A stretch of DNA of 64,000 nt from Anthoceros angustus (Eukaryota > Plantae > Anthocerotophyta), in the NCBI GenBank assembly GCA_010909165.1, contig MU008150.1, forward strand, positions 372,001-436,000, read 5' to 3'. The first letter of the stretch is position 1. Every line of letters begins with the position of its first letter. The translations under genes and the position numbers were made by a program. Of this stretch, positions 22,951 through 35,104 are shown in pieces. The notes under the pieces were generated by a model. It saw nothing but the letters and a program-made list of their open reading frames with translations. It did no database searches and was not told the origin of the DNA.

Positions 22951-23762
22951 TATATAAAACTGAGGCAAGCCACAATGATGATTGATTGTTTTAGGAAAGA
23001 TGCGCGAATGTAATTGGCGTAACCTCCTGCTTTTCTAGTGTTCGAGCGTTTATGATTTAATTAATGCTCGTAGTGAAACGTGTCCTAAGGTACTTCATGT
23101 ACAGCATTGCATGACACATATATGTGATACTCCCCCTCAATGCAAACATGGGACTGCAAGCTCATCAAGGTCAGGGTTGTGCGCGGAATGATCCCCCTCA
23201 AGCAATGCTAGTGCAGCGCTCAATCACTAGTCCTAAGAAAAGTGTCTCGGCTAATGAGCCCAATGCCGGTGACTTACTTCTTGTGCAATGCCTTGGCCAG
23301 TCCCTTGGTCAATATGGTTGGGAAGGAGCGGTACGCCCTACAAGTGCGTAAACAACTAGAGTCCTTTTGCGAGGCATGTTGAAACTTTCCTCAATTAACT
23401 GTGCCTCGCCCTACAGGTGCATAAACAACTAGAGTCCTTTTGCGAGGCATGTTGAAACCTTCCTCAATTAAACGTGCCTCTTGTCAACAATGTGCACAGG
23501 TGCCATTGAGTGGCCGCAAGGCGTAGGCCGCAAGGGATCACATGTGACGACGGGCAAGAGGGAGCTCTGATACCATATAAAACTGAGGCAAGCCAGACAA
23601 TGATGATTGATTGTTTTGGGATAGTGCACGCGATAAAAGCGTGTGTGTGTAACTGGCATAACCTCCTAAGCGGTTAGTGTTTTAGCATTTATGATTTAAT
23701 TAATGCCTATAGCGAAAGATGCCCTAAAGTACTTCACGTGCAGCATCACATGACACATGATC
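22951..23762 (-). mobile_element. Short non-autonomous Copia-derived LTR element (TRIM-like)
   Basis: Direct repeats at 22951-23129 and 23576-about 23762. Minus-strand Met-tRNA PBS TGGTATCAGAGC at 23564-23575 and PPT TTGAGGGGGAG at 23130-23140. The internal region has a Copia RNase H tail (ILTKGLAKALHKK*VTGIGL) and an internal duplication of about 70 bp. Confidence 0.85.
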
Positions 23763-26128
23763 TCCAGCACAGTGAAGGTGATATGGAAGGGAGAACAAGC
23801 AGAGAACCAGGTCCTACCCGTCTGGGTGGAAATTGGGTTTGAAATTTTCCTCACAACTCGGTACATATTTACTTTCTACCTTTTGTAAGTTTGTCCAGTG
23901 CAGGCATCAAAGGCCGTGCACCCATACTACTTATGCATTTCGGAGTTCTAAGAGAAACCAGTAAGTCTTAAACCTCAAACTTGAAGATGGGTCCTCGTTT
24001 GGGAATGACTGCATCACCAATCAGAAACGAAAGTTGCATCTACAAATATGCAGATTCATCAACTCTATATATAAGCTTGATTTGTACCCCGTAACTTGTA
24101 CTTAGATGTAATTATGCTGAAGATGTTCTTAGTCTCCATTATCATGAGCCCATGCCCTTACCAAGCTTATCATTCTACAACTGCAAAGTCACCAAATCAG
24201 CCGTGAAAGACGAAGAATTGTGAAATAGATTCAAAGCTATACATGATACACCAGCTAAAGGACAGACCAGCAAGAATGGCTCCATGTAAGTCTGCACGAA
24301 CTAAGTCATGTTCGTGAGGAAACCTCCTCATCATTTTATCATTTCTTCCCTTTTTCTTTGCAAGGGTCAATATTTATTTCACTATTTAATTTTTCAGCAG
24401 TATATTTTGAGAGAAGAAAAAAAAATTATCATAGTTCACTTGGGCAATAATAGGAGTTAACAACTTGTACCTAATGAGTTTAAAAAGCATCGTCCAACTT
24501 TGGCTATGGTAGACGGAAAATTTTGGCGCTCAAAGACTGCACAAGCTTGATGCCAATAGCTAGCCGCAGAAGGTGTACTTTACCCCAAGGAGAAGTTCTT
24601 CAAGTATATCACACAGGGGCTCCTGAAGGAGTCAGTAACGTCTTTGCCATCATGAACCCAACAGAGATTTATGGGGACTCCTCTTCCTTCCGATTCTACC
24701 AACGAGGAGTTGGTGCCAAGAGCAAGTCAAAAGTCTCCTTCTAACATTGCTACATCGATAGCAAAAAGGAAGAAGGAAAAGGTCAGAGAAGTAATGACAA
24801 GCAAAAAAGGGGAGGTGAGGACAACCTCTACCAATGAGGGCGAGCAAAAAAACAACTGCAAACGTTGTGATACAAGACGGCACAATGAACAATGATCAAA
24901 ACATTAAAGTGAAAGAGTCTGCTGTTACAACAGACTCTAAACCCTAAGAATCTAGAAGACTAAAAAAGAGAAGATATTGAGCCTCACATGACTGCTTCAG
25001 GCATTTTGGTAACCTATAGTTGTGAGTATTCTTTACCTAAAAAACTGCATAGATGAGACGAAAGGTTGGTGACCCTTCATGTTATACATTGTACGTGTGG
25101 CAGCTCTTTGAGGAAGAGGCTGCTAAGGCTGCTAAGGTCCAAGAGGAGGTGGTGAAGATACTCAAGCTGCACAATAAGCTTCCACTAGATACGTAAACAT
25201 GAGAACCAGGCTAGTGTGTTATTCCTTTAGACAAAGCCGATGTTATGTCACAAACACTAGCTGCAACTGCATGTCTCTCATGAACTTGACGAGACAAAGC
25301 TTTGATTAAGAGGTATGAGGTGTTCTCACCAGTAGGAATGTAAGAGATAATTACCTCTCACTTACCTAATGACATGATGTAATATTTCGATGTGCTTTAA
25401 CCTTGGCATGGAAAACATGATTTTCTGATTAAGCAATCGCTAACTAATTGTCACACCACAGTAGCGTTGGTCTAAGTTGAATTTGTTTCAGGCCCTTAAG
25501 GAAACTTCATATCCATAATATTTTTTACACAACTTGGATCATAGTGTGATATTCGCCTTCCATGAAAGTCAAACAAACTATGTTGAGTTTCTTAGAGGAC
25601 TAGGAAATGGCAAAAGATCCAAGGAACATACACTATGCTACAATATTCTTGTTAATTCCGTGAGGTGGCGGTGTTGGGTGCTCCGCTGATCTACAGTTAG
25701 GACACAAAAGAGGCCTTTGGAGATTGACTTGTCAACGCGACTTGAAATCGTCGCCAAGTTCCTTCGTTTGGACATCTTTCCTATAAGATCAACAAGGTTC
25801 GATAGATGCGTGCTTGCCTTCAACCACGTCCGCGACCCTACGTTCAACATCCGCAAATCGATTTGGTGCTTTGATACCACAATGAGTTTATAAAAGCATT
25901 ATTCAGCTTTTGGTATGGCGGACGGAAGACTGTGAGGTGGTAGGGCAAGTGAGCAGAGAGCAAGTTACAAAAAAAGAATGTCTCATTTATTAATCATATG
26001 AAAAAGAACAAACTTTGGGTTTATAAGTACATAGTAGAAACATAAGTATATAGCATTTTGTTAATAATTAGAAACTATCTAAGTATTTGAACCACAAGGT
26101 AAATGGTTTTCAGCTTACTTAATATCCA

Positions 26129-26314
26129 AATAGTACCATGGTGTGACTAAGCTACCTGCACCAAGAGCACCTATTCCCTCTAAGCACCCTAATAGTACCA
26201 TGGTGTGATTAAGCTACCTGCACCAAGAGCACCTATTCCCTCTAAGCACCCTAATAGTACCATGGTGTGACTAAGCTACCTGCACCAAGAGCACCTATTC
26301 CCTCTAAGCACCCT
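26129..26314 (+). repeat. 62-bp tandem repeat, 3 near-identical copies
   Basis: TAGTACCATGGTGTG occurs at 26131, 26193 and 26255. A diverged monomer lies at about 52881-52945. Confidence 0.95.
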
Positions 26315-26483
26315 ATCTAAACGCAGAATGCATGACAACGGCAGTTTTTTATAAACAAATGAAGAGGTGAGAGAAGAAGGAGAAGCGGTCTACTATAGTC
26401 CACATGGACAAAATTTTCCATACTTGAGAGATGTCAAATTATCATACAAGTGAAAACTGGTCATTATAATTCAAAGGGAATAT

Positions 26484-26605
26484 GAAGTTGTGGTCGAGTG
26501 GTCCAAGGCGCTAGACTTTAAGTCTAGTCCTCGAAAAGGGACTTGGGTTATAACTCAAGTTATGGTCCTTGAGAAGGAAAGTGGATTCTATTCCCACTTT
26601 TGTCA
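26484..26605 (+). pseudogene. tRNA-Leu-derived pseudogene with duplicated 3' half
   Basis: GGTCGAGTGGTCCAAGGCGCTAGACT..AAGTCTAGTCCTCGAAAAGGG resembles plant tRNA-Leu. It is followed by a second AAGTTATGGTCCTTGAGAAGG..GTGGATTCTATTCCCACTTTTGTCA segment. Confidence 0.7.
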
Positions 26606-27912
26606 TCAACGTAAACTGTTTTAAGTAAGAATCTTGTAAAAGTTTTTTTTTGGTGGGATTTGGCTCGCCTCATCGGACTGATATCTTGACATGAGTTGAT
26701 TATGCAATTATGGGGGACAATGCAAGGGCCGGGGGTGATGCGGGCACCACAATTGACATACGTCTTTAGAATAAGGTTGATGCTTCACAATCTCACAGCA
26801 ACTGGAAAACAATTGGGAGAGCTCTGGACGAGAGGGTAATATAGAGCCGTGGAAAGCGGTTGATTGTGCGTACATAGATATAATATCCCGGCAACAGCGA
26901 GCCTGGGCTCATTCAACCTGCCGATCAGTATCTACTAATTTTAGGCTTTTGGATTCTTTCATATTGGCGGTTACATTATCTTATTTTTTCTACTTAATAT
27001 ATGTAAATTCAAGTAATTTAAAGTCAAATAATTATATATCTATAATAAAGTCTTGCAGTCGGAGAGGCAGCGAATTAGGTGTTTCCTTTAGGATACGGTA
27101 CTCGAAAAAGTTCCCACCCCGGGGAAAGGTTACACCTACTTGCAGTTTTTGCATACATTTTCTAATATCATTTTTCCCATCCGAAGTAGGTACATACACA
27201 CAGTATGTGGAGAAATGTAAATAAATACAACGATGGTCGATTGCCAAAGGCTGGACCAATTTGTCACCAAAAACGAAACACCATGATTGATGGCCAAGCC
27301 CGCGAAGGGAGGTCGCCCTAAAGTTCCAAACCTAAACATGGAAACGGACAGTCTGTGACTAGATTGCTTGTCAGAAAGCTCGCCTCGCCTGACAAGTCTG
27401 ACACAGCAATCGTTGAGAAGCGCGCAAAACGAGGTGGAATATGGGGCGTGAACAAAGCAGCTGCCCAGGCCCCGTTGGCCCATTTGCGAAAGCAAAGCCC
27501 CTGCCACCTCGTCCCGACTCCCTCGTTCACAGAGCTTCGGCCCGCGAGCTCGGGAAGTGTTGAGTGAAGCCTGGTCCATGGTCCCCGGACTTCGGATGTG
27601 GAGATAGGATGATTTTAGCTGCTTATTTAAATTTAGTCCCAGCTCCGCACTTGGAATTGTGTTTCACGGCAGGAATGCACGTTCCTGCGAGGCCACCAGG
27701 TCGCTTCATGGGGCGGCTCCGGTCTCCGATTTTCGGCTGAATTTCAGGGGCCTGACCAATCTTACACCTGCTGTGTACCTGTTGAGCGCTGGGATTGCAT
27801 CAGCATTGGAACCCGCCACCACCGAAGAAGATGAGCGAGAATCCTTGGTGGCGGTAGATTGCCAGGTCTGGAGCGGTCTGACGCTGCTGTCCAAGCTCCT
27901 TCGCCTTGGACC

Positions 27913-30369
27913 ATGGTGCCTCGAGATGCTATCAATGTTGCTAGAGCATGCGCAGTGCTGGTCCAGGTGCAGGGGCCTGATCCGAAGGGGCGGAAGATGA
28001 GTCGGCATGCTTTTTTCCACTCCGAATCAGGTCAAACCACGCTCTCGGCTTCTGGTCTGCTGTTGCTGAACGACTCGGAGGTGGACCCTCCGAGGTCACT
28101 CACCGTGGTCACCTGCGCGTCTATTGTGGATCCGTTTTTGGTTCAGAAGCCCAGCGGGGAATCGGTGGCCAGCACCACTGAGTCTGCTAAGCTCATTGCT
28201 GGTGCTAAGGTAGACATTCTTGTTGAGGTTCCCAATGCAGGTGAGCAGTCCTATTGCTGGGTGCCAGCACAACTGGTAGCTCTACTTGATGTCCCAGAAG
28301 CTGGTAGGGCCTTGCAAGGTCTGCTGGATGTCCATGGTGGAAGTGTGGATGGGATTTGGGATGTTGGCTGGTCCTTGGCTCCAGCTAATGAAGATGCCAG
28401 AGGACAGGGACTTGGCCATCAGGCAATTGTAGCTAGGAATTCTTTCTTGGAGCGAGGAAGCGCTTACGGGGAGCCTGTTTCCAATTCCACAAGACACAGG
28501 GCCAGTCTAGGCATGACAGCAACCAGGGTGGCTGTTCTCAGTTTACTCACAGATGGAAATCGGGAGTTTGTATTGAGCTTAGGTCAGGTTGCAGGGCGGA
28601 TACTTGAGATCCAGGAAACGCACAATTTGAAATGCGGGTTGCCTTTAGCCACGTCGAAGACCCGTGGAGATTTTTTGTTGGCAGTTGGCTCTCCTTTTGG
28701 GGCGCTGTCACCTCTCCACTTCCACAACAGCATGTCAGTGGGCTTTGTTGCTAACGAGTTGCCTAGAAGATCCGCTGCTGCGTCCCTACTGATGGTGGAT
28801 TTGAAATGCCTCCCTGGTATGGAAGGTGGTCCAGTGTTTGATGATAAGGGTCGTCTTGTTGGTCTCGTCAGTAGACCACTCCGCCAGCGCAGTGGTCATG
28901 CAGAAGTGCAGCTGGTGACAACATCGGATGCTTTAATAGGCCCCCTCAAGCTTGCAGGTGTAAACCTGGGGTTTACCCTGGTGCAGCAGGCAGATCCAGA
29001 GCCTCAGCGCAAGATTGAGAATACTGTAGAGGCAGGTACATGCCTCGGTGTGCTTCCCAGGCCCATTCACTATGTCTTTCCCCCGAATTCCATGTCGCCA
29101 GCGATTGGTAGTGCCGTATCATCTGTGGTGCTCATTACTATTGGGGATGCCGCATGGGCTTCAGGAGTTCTTCTGACTGAGAATGGGTTGATTCTGACCA
29201 ATGCTCATCTCTTAGAACCTTGGCGATTTGTCAAAACTCGTCCTTCACAGTCCAGCATAGTTCGAGGTCTCAGTTGGAACGGTGAAGGGATGCCCGGAGG
29301 TGTTGGGAGAAATAACTCTGAGGGAGTTTCAGTGAGGGAGGAACATGCCCCTTTAGCCACGTATCCTTTGTGCGAGATCCGTGGGCCAGCCAGTTGTGGG
29401 TGCTCTAGGGGCTCACATGAATCGCTTGCAGATCCTCTGGGAAGAATTTGGTGCAACAAAACCGATGCAGGGGGGAGTCCTGGCAAAACAGCTCGTGCTT
29501 CTAATGTTAGGCACACTGATATTGTTCATAAAGGCAATCAGCCCATCAGGGTGCGCATTGATGACCTTAAGCTAGGCTCCTGTTCCTGGCATGGAGCCAA
29601 GGCAGTGTGCGTTTCGCAGGGACCCTTAGATGTTGCCTTACTGCAGCTCGACTCAGTTCCTCCGAACATTTGTCCTATCACTCCCGAGAAGGACTGTCCT
29701 ACTGTAGGTTCAACAGCCGTGGTGATAGGGCATGGTCTCTTTGGACCTCGGTCTGAGCTTTGTCCATCAGTCAGTGCTGGTGTGGTTTCCAGAGTTGTGA
29801 AGACAGGAGCAACCACTCTGAACAGCTTTTCACCGCAGGAGTCACATACTGATGGTATTCCCAGCTGTGCGGCAATGCTTGAAACGACAGCAGCTGTGCA
29901 TCCCGGTGGAAGTGGGGGTGCAGTCGTGAATGCTGAAGGGCGTATGATTGGCTTGGTTACGAGTAATGCCAGACACAGTGGAGGGACTGTGATACCCAAT
30001 CTCAACTTCAGTGTACCATGTGCTGCTCTGTCCATAATATTCCAATTTGCTGCAGGGAATGGGGAGGATCCAAGTATTTTGCATAGATTAGATGAACCGA
30101 ATGAGCAGCTTTCTGCTGTTTGGGCACTGGTTCCCCCACCCTCGAAGAAGCCTTCGCCTTTGATACCATTGCCTCCTCCACCTTCTGGCAACTCTTCAGG
30201 TTCCCCTGTCCAAAAAGGTTCCCGGTTTGCAAGTTTTCTGGCTGACAAGGCTGCCGAGCTGTCCATCAATCCACGCCCATCCCTGGAGTGTGAGAGACGG
30301 CTCAGACCGCAGTCTTGCAACAATGCAGATTACTGTAGTACTGATGGCCGTTCTCGTAGTCGCCTTTAG
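27913..30369 (+). CDS. DEG15: Glyoxysomal/peroxisomal processing protease (trypsin-like, DEG15), 818 aa, intronless
   Basis: N-terminus AVLVQVQGPDPKGRKMSRHAF...TTLSASG; catalytic motifs LTNAHLLEPW, LDVALLQL and HPGGSGG; C-terminal PTS1 SRL*. One uninterrupted ORF. Confidence 0.93.
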   Translation: MVPRDAINVARACAVLVQVQGPDPKGRKMSRHAFFHSESGQTTLSASGLLLLNDSEVDPPRSLTVVTCASIVDPFLVQKPSGESVASTTESAKLIAGAKVDILVEVPNAGEQSYCWVPAQLVALLDVPEAGRALQGLLDVHGGSVDGIWDVGWSLAPANEDARGQGLGHQAIVARNSFLERGSAYGEPVSNSTRHRASLGMTATRVAVLSLLTDGNREFVLSLGQVAGRILEIQETHNLKCGLPLATSKTRGDFLLAVGSPFGALSPLHFHNSMSVGFVANELPRRSAAASLLMVDLKCLPGMEGGPVFDDKGRLVGLVSRPLRQRSGHAEVQLVTTSDALIGPLKLAGVNLGFTLVQQADPEPQRKIENTVEAGTCLGVLPRPIHYVFPPNSMSPAIGSAVSSVVLITIGDAAWASGVLLTENGLILTNAHLLEPWRFVKTRPSQSSIVRGLSWNGEGMPGGVGRNNSEGVSVREEHAPLATYPLCEIRGPASCGCSRGSHESLADPLGRIWCNKTDAGGSPGKTARASNVRHTDIVHKGNQPIRVRIDDLKLGSCSWHGAKAVCVSQGPLDVALLQLDSVPPNICPITPEKDCPTVGSTAVVIGHGLFGPRSELCPSVSAGVVSRVVKTGATTLNSFSPQESHTDGIPSCAAMLETTAAVHPGGSGGAVVNAEGRMIGLVTSNARHSGGTVIPNLNFSVPCAALSIIFQFAAGNGEDPSILHRLDEPNEQLSAVWALVPPPSKKPSPLIPLPPPPSGNSSGSPVQKGSRFASFLADKAAELSINPRPSLECERRLRPQSCNNADYCSTDGRSRSRL

Positions 30370-30908
30370 TCAGCTGTCTTTCGTATTCGATTTTACCCAT
30401 ATGTTGGGGTTATTCATGTGGGCAAGATGAGTAGAAAGTAGGTGGTTCGCGGTGTAAATGACGATGACTACGTAGATGTACAGATGAGTGGTAGCTCCAC
30501 ATTTTGGGAAGTAAGAACACAGGTAACGATAACTCCACCGCGCGGAGGTGTCACAAAGTCTAGGTCGTTTCCCCGGTTCTTTTCGGTTCGTTCCACATTA
30601 GGGCTTGAATCCCAATTCTTTTGCAAGTGCCGAACTACGGGTGGAGTTTTTCTCCTAAATGCAAGGGATTGGGTGTTCGTAATCTAGCTGACTGCCCCCC
30701 TTTTAAAAGCACTCAGCATATGCAGGACGTACTAGAGCGCGAGGACATATGAGCGCAGATCCTATGATGTGTCCAAGTTGTCAACAGCGAGGCACCATTC
30801 ACCATTCTAATGTATGGGAGAACGGGAAGGAAAAGAGAACTTGAAAGCAATCCTTCTATGTTCCTTTAACTTCCAAACTCCTTCCTACATGCATGACTTG
30901 GTGCAAGC

Positions 30909-33900
30909 ATGGAGAATGAGCATGATTCCAAGAGTGCCGAGGAGGAAGACAGCATATATCAAGAAACAGCAGATCTTGAAAATATTCCTCTTGAAGAAGT
31001 CTTTGAAAAATTGAAGTGTACAAGACATGGTTTGAGTAGCACAGAAGCTGACATAAGGATCAAGTTAGTCGGTCCGAACAAACTAGAAGAGCAAAAAGAG
31101 AGCTTGATTTTGAAGTTTCTCACTTTCATGTGGAATCCTCTCTCATGGGTAATGGAATTGGCGGCACTCATGGCACTTGTTTTAGACAATGGTGAGCACA
31201 AACCCCCAGATTGGCAGGATTTTGTAGGGATCACGTGTTTGTTAGTGTTAAACTCAACTGTAAGTTACATAGAAGAACAAAATGCAGGGCAAGCTGCTGC
31301 TGCCTTAATGCAAGCCTTAGCTCCAAAAGCTAAGGTTTTGAGAGATAATGCATACAAGGAGGAAGATGCAGCAATTCTTGTTCCCGGGGACATTATTTCT
31401 ATAAAGTTAGGAGATATAATTCCTGCTGATGCTAGATTACTGGAAGGGGATCCTTTACAAATTGATCAATCTGCCTTGACTGGAGAATCAGTTGCAGTTA
31501 CAAAGAGGACTGGCGATGAAGTTTTTTCCGGTTCAATTTGCAAGCAGGGTGAAATTGAAGCTGTGGTAATTGCTACTGGTGTTAGCACATTTTTTGGAAA
31601 AGCTGCGCACTTAGTTGACACCACGCATAACGTAGGACACTTCCAACAGGTTCTAACAAACATAGGAAATTTTTGTATTTGCACAATTGCATTGGGAATC
31701 ATCATAGAAATCATAGTTATGTATCCCATCCAAAAACGAAAATATCGGAATGGCATTGATAATATGTTGATTTTATTGATTGGAGGAATCCCAATTGCCA
31801 TGCCAACTGTATTATCCGTTACAATGGCAGTAGGATCTCATGGTCTCGCAAAACAAGGAGCAATTGTTAAACGTATGACTGCTATAGAAGAAATGGCAGG
31901 CATGGACATTTTATGCTCTGATAAAACTGGAACTTTAACTTTGAATAGATTAACTGTTGACAAAAACATAATTGAAGTTTTATCAAAAACAGCTGATAAA
32001 GATTTGATTTTGTTGACTGCTGCAAGGGCTTCACGAACAGAAAATCAGGTTGCCAGGTTATGACAAGATGAAATTTCATTACTACAATGATTTATTTATC
32101 TGTATTTTGATTCATATAAGTTTTATGAAGTTTTACTAAATGAGGGCGAACAATTGTAAATGTAGGATGCAATTGATCTTGCAATTGTGAACATGCTTGG
32201 AGATCCAAAAGAAGCACGTCAAGGTATCGAAGAAGTTCACTTTTTGCCTTTCAATCCCACAGATAAACGAACCGCTATCACATATATAACCGAAGATGGA
32301 AAAATGCATCGAGCTAGTAAGGGTTCCCCTGAGCAGATATTGGAGCTAGCAGAAAACAAAAAGAAAATTGAAGCAAAGGTGCATTCTATAATTAATAGAT
32401 TTGCAGAAAGAGGACTACGAAGTCTTGGAGTTGCATATCAGGTACCTTGGGGATACATGTTCTTCTCACAGCTATAGAATTTTTACTTTTATATTGATTT
32501 GTGCAACAAAGTCCAAGGTTTTACTTGGCACAATGTCCCTATGTTGAAAAAGGAATTGGAAGACACCATATAGTAAACATAATGCTATTTATTGACAGGA
32601 AGTTCCCGAGTGTTCCAAAGATAGTCCAGGTGGACCATGGGAAATGCTAGGAGTCTTGCCCTTATTTGATCCTCCAAGACATGATACCGGAGATACAGTT
32701 AAGCGTGCATTGCAATTAGGTGTTAATGTCAAAATGATAACAGGTGATCAATTAGCAATTGCAAAGGAAACTGGACGTCGTCTTGGAATGGGTACTAATA
32801 TGTACCCTTCATCAGCCATATTTGGTACTCATCATGAAGCATCAACAGTAGGGGTGGATGATGGAGAACTTATTGAACATGCAGATGGTTTTGCTGGAGT
32901 CTTCCCAGAACATAAATATAGTATAGTCAAAAGACTTCAAGAAAGAAAACATATTTGTGGAATGACTGGTGATGGGGTGAATGATGCACCAGCTCTTAAG
33001 AAAGCTGATATTGGTGGTATTCATGTGATGCACGAGAGACCTGAATCTGCGAGATATAGTGCTCACCCAACCAGGTCTACAATCATTGCTTTCTTCACAT
33101 AACTTGCTCAAAATCCGAAACTTATTTTACTTCTATATTTATAAAATTAAAAAAATGTGATATGCACAGGATTGAGTGTGATAATTAGTGCCATCCTCAC
33201 TAGTCGATGTATATTTCAGCGTATGAAGAACTATACCATCTATGCTGTATCTATTACAATACGTATTGTGCTTGGATTTACTTTAATGTCTCTCGTATGG
33301 AAATTTGACTTTTCTCCATTCATGATTCTAGTTATTGCTATTTTGAATGATGGTACAATAATGACCATATCAAAGGTATTTATAGTTTTATTTTTTTAAA
33401 ATATTTTTAAGTAAAAATTACAAAAAAGTTTCATTGAACTTGGGTTAAGAAAAAAAGATTCATTATGTAATTATAATTTTTATTTATATTGTAGGATAGG
33501 GTGAAACCCTCACCGCATCCTGATACATGGAAGCTTTCTGAACTATTTGTTCAAGGCACTTGTCTTGGGGGATATCTTGCGCTGATGACTGTGCTTTTTT
33601 ATCATCTTTTACATGATACAAAATTCTTTGAAGAGAAGTTCAAAGTACAAACTATTGCGCACAACGCCCCTAAAGAAACTGCAGCCATTTATTTGCAAGT
33701 TTCAATTGTAAGTCAAGCTCTTATATTTGTGACAAGGTCACAAACTTGGTCTTTCATGGAAAGACCGGGAATTCTTCTTGTGGTTGCCTTTATCATAGCA
33801 CAATTGGTGGCAACATTAATAGCTGTGTATGCAAATTGGGGGTTTGCTAAAATTCAAGGGTGCGGGTGGAAATGGGCTGGGGTCATATGGTTGTACAAGT

Positions 33901-34562
33901 AAGTTTTCCTCAAACCATCATGTACCTCTTAGATGCCCATATAATAAATTTCATTAAAGGAAGAAACTACTTAGTATATTTTTTTCAAGAACTAACTTGA
34001 TCAATGTTTATGGAAACAGTATAGTATGGTATCTTCCTCTAGATGTGATAAAGTTCATTGTGAGATATGTGTTGAGTGGTGAAGCATGGGATTTGTTGAT
34101 GGAGCGAAAGATTGCCTTTACTCGTCAAAGAAACTATGGACGAGAAGCTCGTCAAGCACAATGGGCTGCCATTACTCACACTGGGGCAATTGCATCTATT
34201 ACTGGGGCATCCTCTTCTGCAAGTAACACTCTCACTAAGGGAGCAACCTCAATGGGTCGTGAAGTAGCCGACAAAGCTAGGAGAAGGGCCGAAATAGCAA
34301 GGTATATATCCCAGTTCTGATTTTTATATAGCCACATCATATAGAACATATAATAATTAGACTATATCTCCCTTATACCTATGTGTTATATAATAAATAA
34401 TCCTATTATAGATATTTGATAATTTTAATGTACATTAATTCTCAATGTACATCTTTGCATATTAGGTTGAAAGAACTTCACACCTTCAAGGGACATGTTG
34501 ATGCTGTAACCAAATTGACTAAATTAAATGACTCCGGAATGCAACAATCTTATACAGTTTAA
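30909..34562 (+). CDS. AHA: Plasma-membrane H+-ATPase (P3A), 7 exons: 30909-32048, 32166-32441, 32599-33074, 33170-33375, 33495-33898, 34020-34301, 34466-34562; apparent frameshift near 33015-33055
   Basis: Motifs DKTGTLT, TGES, MITGD and [14 protein letters not shown]; all six introns are GT-AG and in phase; C-terminus QQSYTV* has the penultimate Thr. Confidence 0.93.
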
Positions 34563-35104
34563 AGTACATGAATCTCTTCGTAGAAAAGGTCTACTATCGT
34601 ATGATGAAGCACTCTTGTTGAAGAGGTGTATTTTTATTGGGTAGAAGAAAAGATAGAGATTAACCCATGAAACTACACCACTAGAGAAGAAAAACTCTAG
34701 AAGACGAGCTAGGCTCCAAGAGCTGTAATCCCAAGTGGAATCTCAAATCAAATTTCAGGTAAAACGAAAGAGAAACCCAAGGTACTTAGGTGGTGAAATG
34801 CATTTTATCCTCACCACGAAAAAAAGAAATGCATTTTATCTCATGTGAATTGAGTTAGGCTACCGTAGGGCCACGTGAGACTGCGCAGTAGCTAAGGCAG
34901 TCAATAGACTCATGCAAGAGGCATGGTCGTTGGTTAAAGAGCAGTTTGGCTGTTGGCAGCGCCTGCCGGCTCCTCTACTCTCCCGCTTCAGCAGCGTTAC
35001 CAGAACACGCGCGTCCTGCCAGTGCCTTCCCGGTCGGGGCAATCGGTCTGCCCTGCGCGGAAAGAAAAGCTCGAACGCCGACGCACGGACGTTTTCAGAT
35101 CTCG

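Noticed and set aside
27859-27912. Upstream TTG start for DEG15 given by the ORF track
   Set aside because: Homology to DEG15 begins at the ATG at 27913.
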